Part shown: in pieces, positions 27,621-41,864 of the stretch | Numbering within the stretch: position 1 is the stretch's first letter | Layout of the letters: each line of letters starts with the position of its first letter | Assembly (NCBI RefSeq): GCF_009914755.1 | Contig: NC_060947.1 | DNA length: 64,000 bases | Reading direction: 5' to 3' (one strand) | Source of the DNA: the human T2T-CHM13v2.0 reference genome, Homo sapiens | Position numbers and translations under genes: made by a program | The notes under the pieces: generated by a model | What the model was told of the DNA's origin: nothing | What the model saw: the letters and a program-made list of their open reading frames with translations, nothing else | Database searches by the model: none

Positions 27621-30082
27621 CCTTTTGTTCTCTGATCTGGGGTTCTTGGCCTCACGGATTCCAAGGAATGGAACCGTGGGCCATCTGGTGAGTGTTATAG
27701 CTCTATTAGAAGCTGTGGGTCACAGAAGAGAACCGTGGAACCCAGCGACTAGTGTTCAGCTCGATTAGGACGAACCCAGGCACTTAGCCACTCAAGAACA
27801 ATGGCGAGCCTCTAGCCCAAACGGGAGCAGCAATGGGCGCCTCACTGGATCAGAAATGCAGTGGACACCCTGCCGGATCCGGAGCGATGGAAGTCAACGG
27901 CAGGTCTGCGAGGGCAGCAAACGGCAGTGGTGGACAGTGAGCAAAAGCTCACCTCGAGCCGGAACAAACACGGACCAGAAGAGTATGCAGTTGCAAGATT
28001 TAATAGAGTGAAAACAGAGCTCCCATACAATGGGAGGGGACCCAAAGGGGGTTGCCCACTCCCGGCTCTAATGCCTGGGGTTTATATCCCAATCATTGTC
28101 CCTCCCCCATGCTCTCAGGCGATATATGATTTGATTATTTCTTTACCTCCTGCTTTTAGCCTAATTTGTATTTTAGTGAGCCCTCTTTACTACCTGATTG
28201 ATCGGGTGTGAGCTGAGTTACAAGCCCCATGTTTAAAGGTGGGTGCAGTCACATTCCCCAGCTAGGCTTAGGAATTGTTAGTTGGCCTAGGAAATCCAGC
28301 TAGTCCTGTCTCTCAGTGTGTCTGGGTATGAATTTTTCTGGGCTTATTTCGTTTATGTTTTCCTCAGCTTCTTGAATCTGTAAGTGAACTTCTTTCACCA
28401 AATTCGGGAAGTTTTCAGCCATTTTTTTCAAATAGTTTTGAACTTTATACTTTTTCCTCTTCTTCTATAACTCCAATGATACAAGTGTTAGATTTTATTT
28501 TATTATCTCATGTGTTCCTGAGGCTCTGTTAATTTTTTAAAGCCTATTTTCTTTCTGTGGCTCAGATTTAGTAAAGTCTATCAGTCATCCAGTTTACTGA
28601 TTCTATCACTGTCATATCCATTGTATTATTGAGCCCATGTAGTAAGATTTTTTAAAATTTCAGCTTTTTTTTAATATTCTCTCATTTCCAATATTTTCAC
28701 CTTTCTATATCTTTTTTGGATTTTCTATTTTTTTTACTTGTTTAAAGAGAATGTACAGTTATTGGTGAAAACCTGTTTATAATACCTGCTTTACATCCTT
28801 GTCAGACAATCTCAACATTTGTTTTATCTCAGTGTTTGTGTCAATTAATTGTATGTTCTCATTAAAGTAGTATTTTTCATCATATTGTATGACTAGTGAT
28901 TTACAATTATATTCTGGACATGTTGTAAATTATGTTAGGAGACTTGTTTCTATTTAAATCTTTTATTTCATCAGCCAGTCACCCTACTTAGATTTTGCAC
29001 GTGGGTCTTTGCCTACTTTTGTGAGCTGTAGTTACAATGTCAATTTAATTTTTAGAGCCTTGAGGGTCTATTCTGATTGGCTTTGTACTTCTGGCTCTGC
29101 TGGATTTCTACTCAATCCCTGCATGTGCTATTTAGACTGCCCAGTGTCACTGAGTGGGAGTGTCAGGATACTCTGGGCTTTGGTTGCTGCTCCTGGGTAG
29201 GATCAGTCTCATTGTTCTCCCAGGTATGTCACAGGAACCCTGCTGTGCTATTGCTGCTATGGCAGACTGGGCTGCCACTGATCTGGGTGTAGAGTGGTGA
29301 ATGGATTCCTGATTGGCTCTACTAACACTCCTAATGTAGCTGCTGTTGCTCTCAGTATAGGACAGAGACTCAGTTATTGCTGCTACTGTGGTGGATTGGG
29401 TTCCTACTAGTTTGGATGTGTTGTGTGACATGAGTCCCTTACTGGGTCCTGTTGATTCTGTTGCTACCCTAGGCTTAGGCAGGGACCCCCCTGCAACTGT
29501 CACAGTGGTGGAACAGGCCACCTGCTTCAATGTGGGGTAGATTCGATTGCTGCAGCTGCTCCTGTGGTTGACTGAGACTGCCACTGCTCCAGGTGTGAAG
29601 TAATCAGTGTGTCCATGTTGGGTCCTCCTGCTTCTGTTGCCGCTGTTACAGGTCTGGCCTTTGCTGTCCTGGGTGTTGGTGCTGCTGCTATGGTACTTTG
29701 GGCTATGTGCTTCCCTTAGTATTACATAGGATGGATCTTTCTACTAGGACTCTGTTGGGTTGCCTTTTTTTGAGGGGTCCTTTGGCCAGTGAGATGAGAA
29801 TATTTTTGTTTTCTTTTATTTATCTGTCTACACTCATTGGAGGTTCCTGATTACAGGCCTCTCCAGAACACAGTATGGGATATATGGAAAAACCTGGGCA
29901 ACTCACTATGGTGTCATTATTCAAGTCCTAAAGTTTCTGGACAGTCTGACTTCTTTTCTCCATCCTTCAGGGTCCTTTTATGATTGTTTGTGAAATAATT
30001 TCCAAGGTATTTAGGCGTATTTAGAGGGGAAAAGCAGGGAAAAGTGAGTTTACCCCGTGTTTTTCTGGTACTCGAAAACCTA

Positions 30083-30394
<312 letters not shown>

Positions 30395-31155
30395 ACTATG
30401 CCTTTTATGATGTTTTATAACAGGAGGGCTTAAGTATAAGAGTATATAAAACTAACCATGTTGGAGCAAGATATTAAAAGTAAATATCTGCACTCCTTTC
30501 TCCCTTCAAAAGTAATAGTGTAATTGTGAAGAGGATTAGAGATTTGTTTGACTTTTATTTCTTACTAATGGGGTATCAATTATTTGCAATGAAGATCCAT
30601 ACCCACTGGGTATATTAGCTTCCTTTCAAAGAGGAATGACACATCAGTTATCATTATTGTAACAAAATGGGGCATTTCTTTTCATTTTATGAGATTTTTC
30701 TCATTCATTTTTGCAGAGATGTTAATGTTTGCATTCTAGACTTTGATATTAAATTATACAGCAGGATAACAGATGATAATTTGGAGATCCTAGACAAATG
30801 TCAGTTAACACAGAGTGAACAATTATATCAATAGTCAGTGAGGTTTTGATCCACTAAGTTTCTAAGACATTTGCCTATGATTTTGATTAACATGAAAAGA
30901 TACAGAATTTAATTAAACATAGTATTTTTAAAGGTCATTCTTTCAGTAAGCTTTCATCTTAGTCTTAGCCTTCCTTATCATTATCCCCATTGTTTCCATC
31001 AAGTAGATAGATATAGATCTAGAATTGCAGTTGATGAAATATAGTGCAATAGTAATTTAACTAGCTTTTAAATTACTTGGGCTATTTTGAATAGTATGTG
31101 GCCTATTTTAACCCAAAGACTACTTACTTATTTAAATAGACAGAGTCCACATTTT

Positions 31156-31204
31156 ATTAAAAGTAATGGCAAAAACCACAATTACTTTTTGCACCAACCT
31201 AATA
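31156..31204. mobile_element. MADE1 (Hsmar1 MITE) half element
   Basis: attaaaagtaatggcaaaaaccacaattactttttgcaccaacctaata = spacer plus one Hsmar1 TIR followed by TA. Confidence 0.85.
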
Positions 31205-31872
31205 TTAGAAACCTATATTCTGAAGAAAATATATTTTAGGCTATTTTGTAAAGAGACTTCTTGTAAGAAAAGGATATCTTATGTCTATCTGTGTTCCAGG
31301 CACTTAGCTCACTGCCTTACAACTACAAAGTATTCAATATATGTTTGCTCTTGATGATATTGATGAAATTGTCATTCCCACAAAGGATACCCTATACCCT
31401 TTGAAATGCAGCAAATACACCATCACCTTGAAATCTTTGCAGGAAAAATGCTTTTAAAGTGACAAGTACAAGTAGGAGCTCTCTGAGTGTTTGTTAACCT
31501 TTACCATGAAAGCAGATTAAAATTCTCCAGAGTGTAATAAGTCGACTGTTCCACTTGTTACAAATTTCCTTCATTTATCTCATTACCCAAAATGACATTT
31601 AACATCTTGCTCAGTTGGAATAATTTGATCTAATGCACATTATCTTTCTATGAATGATGATTGTTCTAGTAAAAGATGAAAGCCCAGTTATAACAAGATC
31701 ATTTGGTCAAATGTGCACAACGCTGCTAAAAATTCAGATAATAATTTAAAGACGCTTTTTAAATCCAGTTTGAACTACCAGGTTATTTTTCTAAGGCTCT
31801 TTTCAGTCTATTACCTTCAGGCTATTTCCACATAATGAGTATCTTGACTCTCCTGTCATCCCTTTTTCTGAC

Positions 31873-31936
31873 CTTGTTAACTTTCTTGACTTGATGCTAT
31901 GCCGTATCTGACATCTGAGCTGATGAGGTCCAAGAT
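31873..31936 (-). CDS. Candidate exon 8 of unrecognised minus-strand chain (K)SWTSSAQMSDTA*
   Basis: Acceptor ctcttttataacag|, donor AAG|GTCAGA; in-chain stop TAG at 31897-31899. Confidence 0.22.
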
Positions 31937-32458
31937 CTGTTATAAAAGAGGCAACAACTTGAGGTCTACTGTGGGAATTTGTCCAGTCCTTATTGTATTA
32001 CACTCTGGATGCTAAACTGTGTTTCTAACAGCCACATATTTGATTATTAGTTTTAATATTCTCTTTGAATTAATATCCAATTATCTACATTCCTGATTCT
32101 AGCTGGTTAACCACCGTATTTCTTGACTGGAACCCGGCTGTGCCAGTATACTGGGCATTTACATATCCTTTATAAAAATTGTTTAAAATTAGAAGTATAC
32201 TGTCTTTCTAAAAATTGTTCGAGGAATACATGCTTTTCCTAGAAGAGCCAAACTCAGTTTCTTAGCTGCCTAGAGCTCTACTTTATGCTCTGGAGCTTCC
32301 TCAGTATTTTCAGTACTTGACTATCTCAGTTTTTACTAACCTCACAGCTTTTGTATATGGCCAAAGAATGTGAATACCTCTAAAACCTAATGCAAAAAAA
32401 AAAAAAAATCTATTAACACCCTAGATTTAGCCTAGAGAACATGGCATGCATCCTCTCC

Positions 32459-32876
32459 ACATGAGGTTAATTTTATGTGTCAACCTGGCTAGGCCATGGT
32501 ACCCAAATACTTGGTCACACATTAATCTAGATGTTTATGGGAAGGTATTCCAAAAACAGGATTAATATTTAAATTAAATTAGTGGACTTTGAGTAAAGCA
32601 GATTATCTTCTATAATGAAAGTAAGTCTCATCCAATCATTTGAAGGCCTTAACAGAAAAAGACTGATCTCTCCCAAAGAAGAGGAAATTCTGCCAGAAGA
32701 CTGCCTTCAGACTGGAACTTCAACTCTTCTCTGGGTGTCCAGCCTGCCAGCCTACCCTGCAGATTTTGGATTTGCCAGCCTCATGATCACATGAGCCAGT
32801 TCCTTAAAAGAAATCTCTCTCTCTCTCTCCACATATCCTATTAGTTCACTTTCTCTGGAGAACCGTGACTAATGTA
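32459..32876 (+). mobile_element. MLT2-type ERVL LTR
   Basis: ggttaattttatgtgtcaacctggctaggcc..tcctattagttc..ctctggagaacc.tgactaat. Confidence 0.85.
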
Positions 32877-33029
32877 CTGTACAACCACCAGTGGGGATTA
32901 AACCTGCTGAGATAATTACCCCATTGTTGAGAAGGAAGAAGCCACATACTTCTCTTTCTATTCTGATATTTTCAATGATATTGCTGAAAATAAAACTAGC
33001 ATTTTAAAAAACTTTGCTATGTGCCACCT

Positions 33030-33378
33030 TGCTTGTTTTTTTTGTTTGTTTGTTTTTGGTTTTTTTGTTGTTTTGTTTTGAGACAGAGTCTCTGTCGCCC
33101 AGACTGGAGTGCACTGGTGCAATCTCGGCTTACTGCAACCTCCCTCTGCCTCCCAGGCTCAAGCGATTCTCCTGCCTCAGCCTCCTGAGTAGCTGGGATT
33201 ACAGGCACATGCCACCACTCCCTGCTAATTTTTTTTTTTTTTTTTTTTTTTTGTATTTTTAGTAGAGACAGGGTTTCACCACATTGGTCAGGCTGGTCTC
33301 AAACTCTTGACCTCAGGATCCACCTGCCTCAGCCTCCCAAAGTGCTGGGATAACAGGTGTGAGCCACCACACCTGGCT
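33030..33378 (-). mobile_element. AluS
   Basis: Antisense Alu with expanded middle T tract. Confidence 0.95.
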
Positions 33379-33617
33379 GCCACTTTGCTTTTTTAGGCAC
33401 CAACCTTCTGAGGTAAGCAGTACCATCCCACTTGACATTTGTAGAATCTAAAGCTTGAGGAGTTAAATTATTTTGCTCCATGTCACCCAGCTAGGGAGTG
33501 CTGGAGTCAGATTTCAAGTTCTGTTTTGTCTGGCCTTAAAGTTCATGTTGCTCCAATTTGACCCACAGATTTCACCCACAGATTTAACCTCTTCTGTTGT
33601 AAAAATGATTAATTCAC

Positions 33618-33665
33618 TTGTTCCTTATACAGAAGTCTTGGATGATAGTGATGGAGAAATTATAC
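33618..33665 (-). CDS. Candidate exon 7, (K)YNFSITIIQDFCIRN
   Basis: Acceptor ctgattttag|, donor CAA|GTGAAT, 48 nt, phase 2/2. Confidence 0.2.
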
Positions 33666-33784
33666 CTAAAATCAGATTTTGGTCCAGATGCCATAAGAAT
33701 TTCATCCTTCAAGGAAGATTCAGTAATCACATATATATTTTGTGTCAAAATCATGAACTAGTACCAAACCACAGGAATTAGGCA

Positions 33785-33890
33785 AGCTGTGGCATAAGGT
33801 TTGCCTGAGATGCTCCCGTTTCTAGCACTGAAAGTGTGACGTCCTAGGAAACCTCTCAATCTCCAGCAAACCAGCAGAGTTGGTCACCAT
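33785..33890. mobile_element. MER81-like hAT MITE
   Basis: ggtttgcctgaga..tttctagcactgaaagt..gtcctaggaaacc..gcaaacc..gttggtcacc. Confidence 0.6.
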
Positions 33891-34226
33891 AGGTTAATGA
33901 AACTAACCCTACAGAAAGTAAAAAAGACAATAGAGAAGAGGCTTTTCTGCAACGAATTAACCAAATATTTATGTGTAATTTAAGGCAAGCCTATGGACAA
34001 TGAAAATACTCTGTTCATTTTTCTTAATATTGGTCTATTGCTATTTTGATGCTATATTTGACTTCTTGGATTTCTACTGTTCTGAATTTTAAATTTGTAG
34101 AATTAAACATGTGTAATACTATTAATCTCAAGGAAAATCAACCTGCTTAATCTGTTATGACCTACGTTCTTTTTATTATTTATAAAAGTTAGACTTTGCA
34201 AATCCTTTTTAAAAACTTAGGGTCAA

Positions 34227-34565
<339 letters not shown>

Positions 34566-34644
34566 TTAAAAACCCAGTTTCATTTTTTATAATTGCACAG
34601 CATCTAGACTTCCTTCTCAGTCTTATTAAATTTCAGGGAATGGG

Positions 34645-34712
34645 CTCCTTACAAGTAAAGTAATTTTGAGAGTCAACACTCCTTATAAGTAAAGTAATTT
34701 TGAGAGTCAACA
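34645..34712 (+). repeat. 34-bp tandem duplication
   Basis: ctccttacaagtaaagtaattttgagagtcaaca followed by ctccttataagtaaagtaattttgagagtcaaca (1 mismatch). Confidence 0.95.
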
Positions 34713-35068
34713 ATCACAAAATGTATGACCTTGATAGAGCATCAGTCTACCTGCACTGACAGGACATCAGAGCAGCTAGCTGAAAACAGAACGATTTAGT
34801 AAACAAAAAAGTTTGCTCAAATGTCAAAGAACCAATTTGTTGTGTTTAAACATTTTCCTTCCACTTAACACAGCAAGAATACATTTAAGGTAAACTTTTA
34901 TCCCATATAATTTTCCTACTATCATAAACTGAATTTTCTTCAAAGTCCGGGTATTATCACTCGAAATAGTGTCAGTATTTTTGGAAGAACTTTGATCTAA
35001 AGAACAAGCAAAATTACAAAGACAAAACTTTTCTTACAATCTTTCTTCCCTTTAGGTCTTTTCATTAC

Positions 35069-35905
35069 TGAAACTGGAAAGGTTCCCTTGTCCCCCTCGC
35101 AGGGCATGTGACAAGGGGAGTGGCTCGCTTCTTCAGTGCCCTGCTGCTCAAACCTCTAGGGGAGCATACAGAGGGGCAGGCTGTGGGGCGCCAACCCACA
35201 GCAGCGCCTAGGGGTGAATGTTTACAGCTTCTGAAGCCCCAGTGAGTGTGCGTTACAGGGTGCTCTTTTAGTTTAGCCATCCGTTGGTGGCTTGTGTTTA
35301 TCAGCTCAATTAGACCCCCTGCCTTATCACGAGGACAGGGTGCTTTCTGTATGCTTGGGTTTCTTGCCTTGGTATACCGGAAAAACTGAATCACACCTTG
35401 GCTTGGAGAATGAGTGCAAGGTTTTTTTTTTATTGAGTGAAAGTAGCTCTCAGCAGATGAGGAAGCCAGAAGGGAGATGGAGTAGGAAGATTTTCCCCTG
35501 GAGTCGGGCGGCCCAGTAGCCAGACTCTTCTCTGACCACCCGGGCCAAACTCCGTGTCGTTTCGCCAGTGGATGGCCTCCTGGTGTGCTGGCGTCTGCTG
35601 GTGCCTGTCGGCATGCTCTTCAACTGCTGTGCTCCTCTCCACGTCCAGCCACTTGTTCTCCTTCTGCTGATGTGCATCTCTTGACGTCCAGCCGCTTGTT
35701 GTTGTCTGCCCGCTAGGATCTTGGGGTTTTATAGGCACAGGATGAGGCGTGTGGGCACAGAGTGGTCTTGGAAAATGCAACATTTGGGAGTGAAGGCAGG
35801 AGTGCCTGTCCTCACCTAGGTCCGTGGGCACAGGCCCGAGGGTGGAGCCCTAGCCAGGGACCCGCCTTTCTCTACCCAGCACTTTGCTGCTCCCCTCCCA
35901 TATCA
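35069..35905 (-). mobile_element. Solo ERV1 LTR, LTR1 family
   Basis: Minus strand starts TGATATGGGAGGGGAGCAGCAAAGTGCTGGGTAGAGAAAGGCGGGTCCCTGGCTAGGGCTCCACCC; TATAAAAACCCC box; TG..CA ends; TSD TTAC/TTAA. Confidence 0.85.
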
Positions 35906-36164
35906 TTAACACTTTGACTACCCTTACTTTATTGATTTATCCGTGGAGAAGACATGAAGAGGACCTCTAAATTTAAGGAAGGTTTTTTTTTTTTTTCTCG
36001 AATGACTCCTTTCATAGTGCTCTGCTGTCCACTCATGGTATCATTATATTCCATCCAATATACTTACATATAGCCCCATCAAACTTGAATCACTTCTAAT
36101 CCCAAAGTGACTGTATTCAGTGCCATGCTATGTTCTCCATCCTCCTCAGACACAAACTTGTTAG

Positions 36165-36572
<408 letters not shown>

Positions 36573-37851
36573 TGCCTTCCGGTATTTTTGTATTCCTTGT
36601 CTATGGGTCATCACAGAGGAATAGGAAACCTGGAAGATTTAGAGTATTTGTCCAGACCAGGTAGGAGACAGAATTCTAAGCAATGGGAATGACACACATA
36701 AAGAAAGTAGGTAGAACAGAAAAGGTCACCATCACTGGGTTATAGATAGCAAGGTGACCAATGTCATAATAAGGCTAGAAGACTATGTAATTTACTTATT
36801 TCTTTGAAATTGTACATTTCAAGAAATGTCTAATTTAGTAGAGACATGAAGTCAGGAGTCTTTTATTCATGGTTTTTCTTTTGAGCTTATGAAAATAGAC
36901 AGCTATATTGAAAACTTCAGATTCACAAAAGCGCTTTTGAAGACCCTTTCACTAAATAATACTTTCTTTGAAGGCATCTGGATTTCCTTATCCATAAGGG
37001 ATATCACTGTATATCTTAAGGGCAAAAAAGCCTGGAGGATATTTTTGAGCTTGACTTCTTTGAAAATATCCAGGTGCTAGAGACAATGTGTGTTTGAAGG
37101 AAACCGCAAATGTAGAATTTTTTTTTTTTTTTTTTACATATTTCAAACTTCATTTAGAATCTGGATGCTATTTGAGCTGGTGTCAACGATGCATGAAATT
37201 AAATTTAGAAAATCTCAGCTCTAAGAAATGCCAATATTTTTCCTGCATCAGGTAGTTAGATGCTAGGTAAGAATTAAAACTGGATGTTTTCCCATGGAAA
37301 TGAATGACACCGGTGAGAATATTTTCACAATTTTGCACATCAATAATATACTGATAATTTAAGGGGCTGAGGGCAGACTCAAGGAATCTTATAAAAAGGA
37401 AAGGGGAAGATCTGTGGAATGGAAAAGGACCTTATGGGAGTTTGCTACTTTTTGACTAAAAAGCAAAAGTCAGATTTTTAAGAGCATCTGCAAAAGTCAT
37501 TCTCATAGAAAGTATATTTTTAAAAGAATGATAAAACATTTTAAAAATAGTATTCGACTAAGTGTTTAAATTTAAAAGACTAGAAACCCATTTGGTATAT
37601 TTTATGAATAACTTAGTGATTAAGTACTGAAGTTTTCAAATCAGAATATATTTTACTATTACATTTGAAAACACATTAGGCTGTTTTTCATACACATCAT
37701 TTTTATTCACATGAATGATACTGATGTGAGATATTTAAGAGCTTTATTAAGCAAAAATTATTATTTCATTTTATACATGTTTTATGATATGAATTATAAA
37801 ATTGAACAAACGTCACCTGTGTTTGTTATTACATTTTTTAAACATGAGGTT

Positions 37852-38199
37852 TGTATTAGTCTGTCTTCACGCTGCTGATAAAAACATACCCGAGAATAGG
37901 AAGAAAAAAAGCTTTAACAGACTTACAGCTCCACATGGCTGGGGAAGCCTCACAATAATGGTGGAAGGCACAGAGGAGCAAGTCATGTCTCACTTACATG
38001 GATGGCGGCAGGCAAAGAGAGCTTGTGCAGGGAAACTCCCTCTTACAGAACCATCATGTCTCATGAAACTTATTCACTATCACGAGAACGACACAGAAAA
38101 AACCTGCCCCCATGATTCAATTACCTCCCACTGGGTCACTCCTGCAACACGTGGGAATTCAAGATGAGATCTGAGTGGGGACACAGCCAAACCATATCA
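37852..38199 (-). mobile_element. THE1 (THE1B-like) MaLR solo LTR
   Basis: tgtattagtc..ggggacacagccaaaccatatca; 5-bp TSD AGGTT at 37847-37851 and 38200-38204. Confidence 0.92.
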
Positions 38200-38636
38200 A
38201 GGTTGTTTTGTGTAGTGAGGATTTTCTTCTGAAAGCAATAACATTTACTTTTCCCTATATTGCAAAGTTTTTAAATTCTAAATCAAACAGTTCTTTCATC
38301 ACAGATTCTCTGCATGATAAAATTGTATATTGTGAAAGTGCTTGCCTGCTTACCGTTCTCTTTTGTCATTTGACCCTTTCAATAATTCTATTAAATATTT
38401 AGAAATGATATTGTTAATCACAAATGAGGGAACTAGAAATCAGAGAGATAAAACTTAACTAAGTTTTACATGGCTAATAGGTTGCAGAAGGAGAACTAGC
38501 ACTTGGGATTCCTGGCTCCCAATCCAATGTTTTTTCCATCATGTTGTGTGGTCTGTTCTTAATCAGACCACTTAGTTCCACATAAATATTTTCCCTAAAC
38601 CCAATAAAAATGATGCTTATTAATCATGCTACTGAC

Positions 38637-38677
38637 TTGTATGCTTTGTATCTGAAAGAAAGGAACGGATGGATCAT
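38637..38677 (-). CDS. Candidate exon 6, MIHPFLSFRYKAY(K)
   Basis: Acceptor aacatttcag|, donor CAA|GTCAGT, 41 nt, phase 0/2; chosen partly because it fits the phase. Confidence 0.15.
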
Positions 38678-39379
38678 CTGAAATGTTCATGAAATAGTGA
38701 GAGCATTAGTGTGGCAACACTTTTCTACTTAACAACTTTAGTTTGATAAAGTTGGACAGACAGCAGGGTGTCTTTCATGATTCTTTCATGAATGGCTTAA
38801 ATGAGAAACTACCACTTACTACTCACAGATTCACTGAGTTAGCCACAGTGAATAATACAGAGATGATCTTTGGCATTCATGGCATTTTCATTATAGGGAA
38901 AGAGGTAGACAAATAAACAAGCAATTAAAATAGAGATTAATGTTACAATAGAGGAAATAGGTGCTATGACAACATATAAAAGGGACATCAAACCCTAATT
39001 TAGGGACTCATGGAAGGCTTACTAAAGAAAGACATAAAAGATGAGTAAATAACTGGGTGATGAGTGTTCCAAAAAGAGGAAAGAGCATGGACTGAGACCC
39101 AAAGAACATAAAATGTTTGAAAAACTAAAATGAGTTCATTATGGCTGGCATAAAAATCACTAGAGGAGAAATGATGATCAAGGAAGTATTTTCATTATCT
39201 TAGAAGAGGCTGAATGGAAGGAAAGTCTGAGAGAAGGAACATGGAAGGAGGCAAACAAAGCACCAAAGACTATAACCCTGACCCATCTTATTCCAGGTTC
39301 CAGGTTTCTTATTGCTACCAGGAGATTGTCTCCCATCCTTCACAGTATTATTGTGGTCTTTAAGCAAAAAAAAGCTAGT

Positions 39380-39610
39380 GTTTATTAAATGCCTACTATA
39401 TGCCAGGCCATTTTCAATGTGCTATCTCTGAAGCCTCATGGCCCTTGAGGCAGATACTGGTACCCTTATCTTACAGATGAGGAAACTAAAACTCAGAGAG
39501 GAGATGAAAATTGCCCAAGGTCGCATGATTAGTAAGTGACTGTGCAAAGACCTTAGTCCAGGTCTCTCTGCTTTCAAACCCAACACTATTTGACTGTATT
39601 CTATTGTCTC
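39380..39610 (-). mobile_element. MIR
   Basis: gtttattaaatgcctactatatgccaggc..ttacagatgaggaaactaaaactcagagag..ttgcccaaggtcgca. Confidence 0.85.
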
Positions 39611-40046
39611 CTTAGATTTCAGTATGATAATTATGGTTCTTCTACATTATTACTGCTTGAATAGAACAACTTAACAGAAAATTATTTGGTTTATCTCAGT
39701 TAAAAATAACTTCTCCTAACACCATTAAGTCAGAGTATATTTCCTGAATGAATGGATTTGAGGGCTGACTAGTCATGCAGACATGACTAGGAGACTGACA
39801 AGGACTTTAATAAATTTTTTGTGTGTAAAATTCCATTCACTCTCAGACCCCAAAGAGAGACTCCCCTAAAGCTTTTACAATTTTGTAGAAATCTCGGGTT
39901 GAGACAACCACCCTAACAATAATAATTTTAAAAAAGGCACCTGTATCTGAGAAGATTCTGCCTTGATAGATTTTTTTGAATGCAGAGTAGGAGGTGGTAG
40001 GATGCAAAACTGATTGGGAGCTGTTCCAATTTAAGCAAGAACTTAC

Positions 40047-40092
40047 ATATGTGAAATCTAATATTGGAGAAACTGACTTGGCATACAACAGT
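40047..40092 (-). CDS. Candidate exon 5, (R)LLYAKSVSPILDFTY
   Basis: Acceptor tcctttataacag|, consensus donor TAT|GTAAGT, 46 nt, phase 2/0. Confidence 0.3.
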
Positions 40093-40165
40093 CTGTTATA
40101 AAGGACATGCCCTTCCTATGTATTTTTGTAACAGCTCTGGTCTTGCATTAAAAATGGCATCTATT

Positions 40166-41306
<1,141 letters not shown>

Positions 41307-41864
41307 GAATTCTCTCATGTTCAAAGTATTGGGAAATGGCACCTTGCATTACTTTTGGATTGACATTTTAAATATAATGCTTTTGTTAGATGTCTACATA
41401 ATAATTGATTTTAATGTATGTGCAAATTGTATTTTTTAAAAGAAAATAATATTTCTTTTATACTTTAATATGGCTACCCATATTTTAATAAATTCTAAAC
41501 ACAAAGTTCTTTCAGTTTCTTTTTGGCAGTAAAATAAAGAACATTTACAATTCATTACTTAACATATCACGTATGATATTCATTATCTTCATGTTTTGTT
41601 TGAAATTGGTTAAAATTGATATAGCCTCTGCAATAGCAGAAATCAGTTGCTCTACTGAGTATAAATCCTATGATGAATACAAATTTGAACTTTTCATTCA
41701 CAAGAAGGCACCAAATACTGTGTTACTATTCCATTTTTTTTTTAAACCAACTGTAACCCAAGGTTGTTACTGGTGCCTGCCCCTATGCACTTTGAGATAC
41801 TTAAGTTGAGATTGTTTCAGGTTGGAACCTCTAAGTAATGTGTAATAAACTTTCCTACATTAAC

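Larger units (their letters stand above)
27399..28315 (-). mobile_element. Solo HERV-W LTR (LTR17), 917 bp
   Basis: Minus strand begins TGAGAGACAGGACTAGCTGGATTTCCTAGGCC, has a GATATAAA box and ATTAAA signal, ends GTAACA; TSD ATGT/GTGT (3/4 match). Confidence 0.92.
26610..30080 (-). mobile_element. L1MC/L1M4-type fragments (3' end 26610-27210; ORF1/5' UTR 27230-30080) hosting LTR17
   Basis: Antisense L1 text continues across the LTR (tttacttatgatgt|LTR|gtgtgtctgggtatg). Confidence 0.65.

Noticed and set aside
29009-29584. ORFs up to 145 aa in a GC-richer patch
   Set aside because: Falls in the degenerate 5' region of the antisense L1M; no recognisable domain.
35065-35831. ORFs of 75-133 aa
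   Set aside because: Lie wholly inside the GC-rich LTR1.
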